DNA from: Promethearchaeota archaeon
Lineage (GTDB): Archaea; Asgardarchaeota; Lokiarchaeia; Sigyniarchaeales; SOKP01
Assembly: GCA_016839705.1 (NCBI GenBank)
Contig: JAEOTR010000049.1
Span: 1 to 33,934 of the forward strand
Length of the DNA stretch: 33,934 nt
Reading direction: 5' to 3'
A model generated the notes under the pieces. The model was given only the letters and a program-made list of their open reading frames with translations. It searched no databases and was not told the origin of the DNA. The translations under genes and the position numbers were made by a program. Positions 26,577-33,934 of this stretch are shown here, one piece after another. Numbering within the stretch: the first letter of the stretch is position 1; each line of letters starts with the position of its first letter.

Positions 26577-27575
26577 TTAAAAATTGAATTCACCATCTCT
26601 AAATAAAGTTTTAGTGGAACCATCTTTATAAGTAACTTTTATTGTTGGTTTATAGAATAAAAAATCTCTATGAGTTCTTGATCTATTTTGTCCACCTTCC
26701 ATTTCTTCATTATTACCGAATGCAATGTGTGCTGTTTGAATGGCTTTTTCATCCTCGAGTAAATTTCCACTTAAATTAGCACCAGGATTAACGCCTAATC
26801 CTAACTCGCCAATAATTCTTGCTTCTTCATCGATATTAATTAATTTTTTAACTTCCTCAACTAAATTTTGATCGTCACTTTCGATCGTAAGAACCTTACC
26901 GTTTTTTACAACAATTTTCAAAGGGCTGTTTACTTTCCCAATATCACCAATAGAACCATCACACACAATTATACCATTAGCTTTATCCTCAATTGGACCA
27001 CACCATATTTCCCCACAAGGTAGATTCGCAAAATATGGTAATTTAGTAATTTTAACATCTGTTGAAAATGGTCGATCTTCAATATAAAGAACAATGTCTG
27101 TTCCTCCTGGGGCTGAAACATGTACTTTTTTAGCATTTTCGAAGCTTTTTATTAATTTCTCTGCCGTATCTGCCATCTTTTCATAATCGATATTCATAGG
27201 ACCTTCAATCATCATAGATTTAGTAATCCCTGCACCATGACCTAATCGAATTGATTTAGTAGCAAGAATCTCCTTTCCCCATTTAATTCGAAATGGTGTT
27301 TCTTCACTTAATCCCTTAAATGCATTAATCACTATTGTTTTGCCTATTGCTAACTCATTCATTTCTGTGGGTATTTCTAATAATGGACGATCTTTTTCAG
27401 GCAATAAATATAATCGTGCCGAACAACCATACTCAATAGCAGCATTATAAAAGGCTTCTCCTACAGATCTAGTAAATTCATCAGTCACTATTAATACAGC
27501 ATCTTCCTTAGTCAAATTCAGTACATGAATCATTACATTTTGAGCCGAAGTTGTCATCTTTTGGAATTCACTCAT
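26577..27575 (-). CDS. Thermophilic metalloprotease M29/aminopeptidase T-like protein
   Basis: NLPCGEI, IGELGLGVNP, LLEDEK...TAHIAFGNN, H.D. Confidence 0.88.
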   Translation of the reverse strand: MSEFQKMTTSAQNVMIHVLNLTKEDAVLIVTDEFTRSVGEAFYNAAIEYGCSARLYLLPEKDRPLLEIPTEMNELAIGKTIVINAFKGLSEETPFRIKWGKEILATKSIRLGHGAGITKSMMIEGPMNIDYEKMADTAEKLIKSFENAKKVHVSAPGGTDIVLYIEDRPFSTDVKITKLPYFANLPCGEIWCGPIEDKANGIIVCDGSIGDIGKVNSPLKIVVKNGKVLTIESDDQNLVEEVKKLINIDEEARIIGELGLGVNPGANLSGNLLEDEKAIQTAHIAFGNNEEMEGGQNRSRTHRDFLFYKPTIKVTYKDGSTKTLFRDGEFNF

Positions 27576-27685
27576 TTTAATTCACTCACTAAATTTTTAT
27601 ACAATGACTAAATTATTTCCTTCAATATTGGAAAAAATAAAGTATTAGACTTATTTCTTTTTAAAATGATTTAAAACAGTTTATG

Positions 27686-27967
27686 TTACCCTTCACTCCT
27701 ATTTTTACGTTTCCAGTGCACTCGGTTCATTAGTAGTGGATTAAACGTGATAGCGCCCGGTTTTGGACATTCAACTACACAGTTGCCACAGTACCAGCAC
27801 TCTCCCGGATAAAGTACAATAGGTGGTTTGTTCTCCTCGGGACTTGGGATAAAAATATCAACTTGGCATATTTCTACACAAATATTGCATCCAATACATA
27901 TTTTTGAGTTAAATGTAATTGGATTCGAGATTCCAGGTTCTGGGATAGCATATACTTTTTTGTTCAT
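27686..27967 (-). CDS. 2x[4Fe-4S] ferredoxin, AprB-like
   Basis: CIGCNICVEICQVD and ECWYCGNCVVECP. Confidence 0.88.
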   Translation of the reverse strand: MNKKVYAIPEPGISNPITFNSKICIGCNICVEICQVDIFIPSPEENKPPIVLYPGECWYCGNCVVECPKPGAITFNPLLMNRVHWKRKNRSEG

Positions 27968-29919
27968 AATTCGACACCCCCCTCTATATATTCTTTATTG
28001 TGAATTTCATAATTCTCTCTTAGAGAGCCAAAATAATCAATGGGCTTTTCACCAACCTTCACTTCATTATTTTCAAGTTTTACAGTAATAAATTTATGCC
28101 ACTCAGGTAGATCCACTTCAGGATAATCTGAGCGAAAAAAGTGTAGATGTTTTGAGCTTGCTTTCCTAGCCAAACAGGAATGTATAATTATTTTAGCATT
28201 CGTAAGTATATTTGATACCTCCAGTGAGCGAATTAATTCATGTGGATTTCGAGCATATAATTTTGGGGCTTTATTATATTCTATATCTTCCAGCAATCTT
28301 AATCCAACTTTTAATAATTCTTCACTCTTCACCTCACCGCAATAATTTTGCATTATTCGTGTAATTAGCATGTTAAATTCTTTCCAGCCAAATCCATCGC
28401 TCCGGTTTACTAGAGAATAAATCCGTGTTTTTTCAGCCTTTACTTGCAGATAATCTATTGTTGGTTCAGATTCACTCATTGAATAATCAGCAGCATGCCT
28501 TCCAGCATAATATCCTGTAGCCGCGGCATGACCAACACAATCCGAGGCAAATAATTGATCACCCGCAGCATAAAGGCCTTCAAGATTCAATTTCAGATCC
28601 CAATCATTTAACATACCACCGGGGAGCCCAAAGAGTTGTCGCTCTCTCGGGAGGAAAGAAGCTGATGTCCATCCTTCTCCATAACTTTGGAGCAAATCTT
28701 TCTCGGGATCGAATCCAGTTTCAGTATAATTTTGAAATATTGGAATTTTTGATTTTCCTTCTTGTCCAACCATTAATCCCCATATAGCTCTTCGTTCATG
28801 TTTAGGCATACTTGGTAAATCAGCATAAAATGGTAGTCTAAACCCATTTTCTAAAAGTTTTTCAACAGGAGGAGTATCTGGTCCCTGATACTGATACAAA
28901 TGGAAATCTGATTCACCTCCTCCTTTTAGGAAAAATTTTTGTCCAGGTGCTGGACGATATCGCTGAGAAATACTTTTTAAAATATTGCCATCCCGGTCAA
29001 TCCAAGGAACTTCTTTACCATTTGCATCAACCATTGAACAAGCATACCAGGTATTATGAGTATTTCCAGTTCCATAAGGTGGATAGCTACGTTCACCAGA
29101 CCATTGACCCCTAATAGATTTTTCCATCATGGTAAACTCCACACCCACTTTCCAACCCATAGCATGACCATCTCCCATACACTGAAGTGGTCGAAATTCA
29201 GAAATTCCGGGTAATCCTGGGGAAAAAAGCCAAATACGGGCTGGACGAGCCATACAAAGTATTGTGGCTTTGCCTTTAAAGATAATAAATTCACCCGTTC
29301 GACCATTTACCCCCGTAGCTCCAATGATTTTCACTCCTTGTCTACATTCTTCTGTTAATAGACTCGTTGCCATTGTCCTATCATAAATTTCCACACCTAA
29401 GCGTTTACATTCTTTAAAAAGAGCGGGTTTAAAAGTTGATCCCCATACTCGCAAAGTAAATTTATTTTCATAATCATAAGCAAATAGAAATTTAGTTTTT
29501 TCGTCTCTAAACTCAGCACCTTTGAATTCATCATCAATGTCCCTAATCTTAGCTCCCATTTTTTCTAGATCTACAAGTCTATCATAACCCTCTCTACACT
29601 CAATATAATGTGAAATTCCATTATTATACCCATTATGATCTTCTATCATTGCTAAAGTCAGTTCTTCAGAGGTGACATGTGAGCAGGGATTGGTAGCTGC
29701 AGATTCCCAATGATCACAGCCCGATCCACCAGCTCCACTCCTAATTGTTGCTCCCTTTTCAACTAATACCACTTTTAGTCCTTTTTTTGCTACTGCTATT
29801 GCTGCCCAGCAACCTGCTATTCCTCCACCTAAAACTATAACATCAGCACTTATTTCTTTCTCTACATGCCATTTCACGGGATACGGCCATTCCAGTTTGT
29901 CAAAAAACTGGTCTCTCAT
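27964..29919 (-). CDS. FAD-dependent oxidoreductase, AprA/SdhA/FrdA flavoprotein family
   Basis: DVIVLGGGIAG, EKGATIRSGAG, GDGHAMG, GLYAAGD, R.DYP C-terminal motif; 4-nt overlap with the ferredoxin gene. Confidence 0.88.
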   Translation of the reverse strand: MRDQFFDKLEWPYPVKWHVEKEISADVIVLGGGIAGCWAAIAVAKKGLKVVLVEKGATIRSGAGGSGCDHWESAATNPCSHVTSEELTLAMIEDHNGYNNGISHYIECREGYDRLVDLEKMGAKIRDIDDEFKGAEFRDEKTKFLFAYDYENKFTLRVWGSTFKPALFKECKRLGVEIYDRTMATSLLTEECRQGVKIIGATGVNGRTGEFIIFKGKATILCMARPARIWLFSPGLPGISEFRPLQCMGDGHAMGWKVGVEFTMMEKSIRGQWSGERSYPPYGTGNTHNTWYACSMVDANGKEVPWIDRDGNILKSISQRYRPAPGQKFFLKGGGESDFHLYQYQGPDTPPVEKLLENGFRLPFYADLPSMPKHERRAIWGLMVGQEGKSKIPIFQNYTETGFDPEKDLLQSYGEGWTSASFLPRERQLFGLPGGMLNDWDLKLNLEGLYAAGDQLFASDCVGHAAATGYYAGRHAADYSMSESEPTIDYLQVKAEKTRIYSLVNRSDGFGWKEFNMLITRIMQNYCGEVKSEELLKVGLRLLEDIEYNKAPKLYARNPHELIRSLEVSNILTNAKIIIHSCLARKASSKHLHFFRSDYPEVDLPEWHKFITVKLENNEVKVGEKPIDYFGSLRENYEIHNKEYIEGGVEL

Positions 29920-30152
29920 CTCTCGTTTCTCCTCATTTTGTGATTAGGTTTTTACTCAAATTAATTACTATAAATAAAGTACGTAATAAATTTATAAAAA
30001 TCAATGTACTTATTAAATATTAATAATAACCACACTTCCCTCAACACTTCCTTTTTTGTTCCCAAATAATTTTTACTTCTAGTTAATAATTAAAACATCC
30101 CTGACCTAGAAAATTTTAAAATAGAATCCATTTTTTATATAATTTGAGAGAT

Positions 30153-30926
30153 ATGAAGTCAAAAAAAGAAATTAAGCAATTCCAAGAATTTTTGCTAAAT
30201 TCATGGCCGGCTAAGCATTATTATTTTTTAAATGGATGGATATTACGCTTTACTGATGGTATTACATCTCGAGCTAATTCAGTTTTTCCTATAAGATATA
30301 CTGGTACTGATGAAATTCTGGAAAGTGATATCGCTATTGTTGAAAAAGCATATAAAGCACATAATTTGCCACCTGTATTTACAATGCATGAATTTTATGA
30401 ACCCAAGAACCTTAAAGGTAAGTTGTTAAAGCGGGGATACCACACATATGATCAAACTATTGCTTTAGGAATACAGATTGATGATATTCACCCTACAACA
30501 ATAACAAATGATTTTGAGTATTTCATTTTTAATTCAAGAGTTAAAGAATTCTCAGAATTTTTAACTAGATTTTCAAAATGGAATGAAGATGAGCAGAATA
30601 TTATTCAAGAAATCAATCAAAGAATAGTTATTCCTAAGAAATGTTACGTGATCGCAGAATACCAGAATGAAGTCATGGGAACACTTTTTGCAGCTCTAGT
30701 GCCTCAAGGATACCTTTATATCGGAGATGTTTTCGTCCACCCTGATTTCAGAAGAAAAGGTGTTGCAACATCGATGTTATTTAAATTAAAAAATGAGTGG
30801 GTAAAGTCAAATAGAGTTAAGACTATTTGGTTACAAGTAGAAAAAGTAAATACTAAAGCATTGGATCTGTATCACAAACTTGGAATGAAAAAATTATATG
30901 ACTATTACTATATGAAATATGAGTAG
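30153..30926 (+). CDS. GNAT acetyltransferase
   Basis: GWILRFTDGITSRANSV; V.PDFRRKGVA; WLQVE..N..A..LY.KLG; ATG 30153 preferred to TTG 30144. Confidence 0.88.
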   Translation: MKSKKEIKQFQEFLLNSWPAKHYYFLNGWILRFTDGITSRANSVFPIRYTGTDEILESDIAIVEKAYKAHNLPPVFTMHEFYEPKNLKGKLLKRGYHTYDQTIALGIQIDDIHPTTITNDFEYFIFNSRVKEFSEFLTRFSKWNEDEQNIIQEINQRIVIPKKCYVIAEYQNEVMGTLFAALVPQGYLYIGDVFVHPDFRRKGVATSMLFKLKNEWVKSNRVKTIWLQVEKVNTKALDLYHKLGMKKLYDYYYMKYE

Positions 30927-30945
30927 AAAAGATTTTGTCTTTCTT

Positions 30946-31473
30946 TTAATTGCTAAGTCTATTATTACTAGCTAATGTATTCTCAATAGCCTTAACTTCA
31001 GCTCGGGATCTTATTTTCATTTCTTGCTGTAAATTTTCTAGAATTAATTTTTCACTAAAACCTCGTTTATAGAACTGTTTGAAACGCTCAACCCCGTTCT
31101 CATTTAAAAATATATAGCGTCTATTCAAAAAGACAACTAACCATCTTTTCTTTTTCTGATTTTTAGCTAATGAATATAATATCTTTCTAATATCTTCTAC
31201 GGAACGTTTTAATTTTTCAGCAACGTCTATGTCGCTTATTATTGAATATTCCTGCATTATCCTTAGAAGTTTTCTCTTAGAAGAAAGAGTTATCAAGTAT
31301 GAAACTAGATATATAATGAAAAAAGAACCTGCTAACCATATTCCTAATATTTGATCATATATGAAGGTAATAACTACAATACCTAATAGTAGATAAAAAA
31401 TAATGTTCTTGAAATTATCTTTCAATTTTGAAACAATATTAGGGCTCCGATCATCTCTTTTCAGATTAGACAT
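30946..31473 (-). CDS. 2-TM membrane protein with cytoplasmic winged-helix-like domain
   Basis: Two TM helices then ISDIDVAEKLKRSVEDIRKIL. Confidence 0.7.
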   Translation of the reverse strand: MSNLKRDDRSPNIVSKLKDNFKNIIFYLLLGIVVITFIYDQILGIWLAGSFFIIYLVSYLITLSSKRKLLRIMQEYSIISDIDVAEKLKRSVEDIRKILYSLAKNQKKKRWLVVFLNRRYIFLNENGVERFKQFYKRGFSEKLILENLQQEMKIRSRAEVKAIENTLASNNRLSN

Positions 31474-31483
31474 ATCACACTCT

Positions 31484-33514
31484 TTACTGAGTAATTGATT
31501 TAAGAAGTTCTTTAGGTCGTTTGTTTACAGTTGTTTTATTTTCGGGATTTTTTAAGTTTCGAATTGCATACTCAATTGCTTCAAGTTTGATTGAATATTT
31601 CTCAAAGAGTTCAGTAAAACTGTTAATATCGATATCATTATTTTCATACAAAATTTTCAATTGTTTCAACGTACGGCCAATACCTGCTTTATTATTTTTT
31701 AACTCGTCGATTTTATTGAAATTAATCAAAACATCCGACATCAGATTTTTATATCGTAAATAAGCGTCGAAATTAAGATCTGCCTGTTTGTAGTTTGTTA
31801 AGAAATTGGTAGTTCGTGGAATAAAAGGTGCTAAATTTTCGGGGATTATTATAAGTGGTTCGGGATCTTGTATTTCTGAAGCTTCTTTATCATATATTAT
31901 CTCAACATCATTTTCTATGATATTATCATTTACTATTGATAAATTGGAACGTATACTCTCCCTTTCAAGTTCCGCCAGTTCTTCAGAGTTTTTTAACATG
32001 GATTCCCATATTTCTTCTGCCTTAACATAATAATAGTTTGCTTTTTTCTGTAATTTTTCAATTTTATCTTCATTTTTTCCTTCTGGTGACACTTTTAATA
32101 AAGATTTAGCTTTGAAATGACAGGCTCTGCCAAGATCATAATTGGTCTGAGCTTTAAATTGACTTTCCTTTTTATTATCAAACTTTCTTAAAAATGCTAG
32201 TCTTTTGGTTAATGCACTTAATCCTGCGGATAATTTAGATGCCATTGCAAAATTTTCATTCTTTTCTTCATTTATAGTGGCTAAATTTTGAGCAAGTATA
32301 CGAGATTCCTCAGAGTTTAATTCAAGGTTCTCAACAGATAACGTGATTCCCTTATCCTCTTGTCGAGTGCATGCTGCACTAAAATATGCCGCCGTTTTGT
32401 ACATTTTACTGCACTCAACCATCGCTACTATTGCATTTTCCATTAAATTTTCAGCTTCGAATTTGGTGGAAAGGTAAGAATATGCTTGTGCCGCAATGTA
32501 TAATACTCGCGAACACTCAAAAATTAGATCCCATATTTTAATCTCTTTTCTCGCAATAGGATCATAGAACATTGGGGTAATATCTAATTCTTTAAAGATT
32601 TTGATTTGGCTTTGGGTTTTATAATTAACATTAAGGATTTTTATATAATCTAGAACATTATTAAGCTCAGAGAATGAAAAGTTTTCATTTCTTCCCAATG
32701 TTTCTTCTAATTTTTTAATTTTAAAGTGTAAAAATCGAATCTTTTGAAGTTTCGCGGGAGGAAAAAATGTTTTTAGTTGTGGTTGTTTCTCTATCTCTGT
32801 TTTTGTTGGTGTTGATTTTCTTCCCTTTTTATGCTCTGGTTTTTTGATTGATTTAAATTCAACTTGAGGTTTTCTTAGAGGGACACCTTTAATTTTCGGA
32901 GGTATTATTTCTGTTTTTGGTTTCGGAGATGGTACTTCTATGTTTATGTTCCTCGGTTTACTTTTACTGTCTAATTTTATGAAACCTATAGCCTGTTTTT
33001 GTGGAATAGATTTTGAACTTGAAACACTTGAAACTAATTCTTCTTTAACCTTATCTTCATTTTCTTCTTTAATCCTCATACTTTCAAGATATTTCTTTGC
33101 TATCTCAACGTACCTCTTCGCATTTGGTATTCCAATGTGTTCTAACTTTGATATATCTTTCATACTCGAAGAAGCTAGTTTTTTTATTGAGCTTATAGGA
33201 ACTGTAGGGATATTTTTTTTATCAGAGGGTTTTCGAACGCTTAAGATATCTTGTGATCTTGTTACATTTGAAGAATTTCCTTTGTTAATTATGTTATATA
33301 TTTTTTCCCTTGCCTTAATTCTTTCAATATGCTCCTTTGCAAACTGGATATAGCTATTCGCTTTTTTAACTCCAATATCATCGATAGCTAGTAAATTTTC
33401 AATACTGGCGGAAGCTAGCTTCTCTACCGAGTCTATCCCAATCTCTTTCATTCTTTCCGCAGTCGATTTTCCAATACTATTTGCTACTTGCATAATTGTT
33501 GTTATATTAATCAC
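31484..33514 (-). CDS. Helix-hairpin-helix-repeat protein with large alpha-helical C-terminal domain
   Basis: SIGKSTAERMKEIGIDSVEKLASA...IGVKKA (RadA N-terminal-like HhH), second copy KLASSS..HIGIPNA; P/K-rich linker; GGTGA SD. Confidence 0.75.
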   Translation of the reverse strand: MINITTIMQVANSIGKSTAERMKEIGIDSVEKLASASIENLLAIDDIGVKKANSYIQFAKEHIERIKAREKIYNIINKGNSSNVTRSQDILSVRKPSDKKNIPTVPISSIKKLASSSMKDISKLEHIGIPNAKRYVEIAKKYLESMRIKEENEDKVKEELVSSVSSSKSIPQKQAIGFIKLDSKSKPRNINIEVPSPKPKTEIIPPKIKGVPLRKPQVEFKSIKKPEHKKGRKSTPTKTEIEKQPQLKTFFPPAKLQKIRFLHFKIKKLEETLGRNENFSFSELNNVLDYIKILNVNYKTQSQIKIFKELDITPMFYDPIARKEIKIWDLIFECSRVLYIAAQAYSYLSTKFEAENLMENAIVAMVECSKMYKTAAYFSAACTRQEDKGITLSVENLELNSEESRILAQNLATINEEKNENFAMASKLSAGLSALTKRLAFLRKFDNKKESQFKAQTNYDLGRACHFKAKSLLKVSPEGKNEDKIEKLQKKANYYYVKAEEIWESMLKNSEELAELERESIRSNLSIVNDNIIENDVEIIYDKEASEIQDPEPLIIIPENLAPFIPRTTNFLTNYKQADLNFDAYLRYKNLMSDVLINFNKIDELKNNKAGIGRTLKQLKILYENNDIDINSFTELFEKYSIKLEAIEYAIRNLKNPENKTTVNKRPKELLKSITQ

Positions 33515-33792
33515 CTAATAATGAATTCAATACCTATAAATATATATTCAATATTTTTTTTTAAACTTAATCAATCTTCCGACTAATTATAAATTAAAAA
33601 TTAAACGATTTAAATCATTGAAAAATTAACCTATAAGTTTATATTGATTATATGAAATTTTATACAGGTTAGAGGTACAATTTAGAGAAAAATCTTCATA
33701 TGCAAAAAATTTATAAATAAGTGAAATAAAATATATATCAGCATTTCAATAAATCGAAGGTGATTTGCTAAGTTAGAAAGTGAAAAAGGGCA

Positions 33793-33934
33793 ATGAGAAT
33801 AGATACGACGAATCAGCGTCAATCTAAATTTATTATAGGGACTCTGGTAATAACAGTATTTTCTATTTGCATTGCAATCGCATTGGGATATGGGGGTTAT
33901 CTCACAGCAGAACCTGATGATTACTATTTACCTA
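33793..33934 (+). CDS. 5' part of a membrane-anchored/exported protein (runs off window)
   Basis: MRIDTTNQRQSKFIIGTLVITVFSICIAIALGYGGYLTAEPDDYYLP... with one hydrophobic helix. Confidence 0.5.
   Translation, partial: MRIDTTNQRQSKFIIGTLVITVFSICIAIALGYGGYLTAEPDDYYLP

Noticed and set aside
1453-33353. Numerous short antisense or out-of-frame ORFs in the track (e.g. 1836-2051, 9193-9447, 11710-12069, 12223-12573, 13252-13515, 32940-33353)
   Set aside because: Shadow ORFs overlapping well-supported genes, without SD sites or motifs

Overview
AT-rich archaeal chromosomal window, most consistent with an Asgard archaeon (Lokiarchaeia/Promethearchaeota). This is inferred from tRNAs with bulge-helix-bulge (BHB) introns, a longin-like/Rab-like GTPase fusion, wHTH-TPR proteins and archaeal BRE/TATA-like promoters. 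It holds about 30 protein genes: MalY/PatB lyase, SagB nitroreductase, NfeD-flotillin pair, beta-carbonic anhydrase, Ntn hydrolase, MarR and TetR modules, a stand-alone condensation-domain acyltransferase, an LLM oxidoreductase, YhhN, an M29 aminopeptidase, an AprAB-like pair and GNATs. There are two tRNAs with non-canonical introns (Thr-GGT has two) and several gene remnants. The most striking unannotated structure is the apparently 'intergenic' 7.1-8.7 kb region. It is an array of tiny basic ORFs (22, 27, 27, 60 and 84 aa), most with strong Shine-Dalgarno sites. Two of them share a RKELxxIKNM motif. The array appears to be driven by two near-identical promoters and lies head-to-head with an 851-aa tandem-wHTH + TPR regulator. 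The layout is reminiscent of RRNPP-type peptide-sensing systems. All functional calls come from motif recognition by eye; no searches were run.
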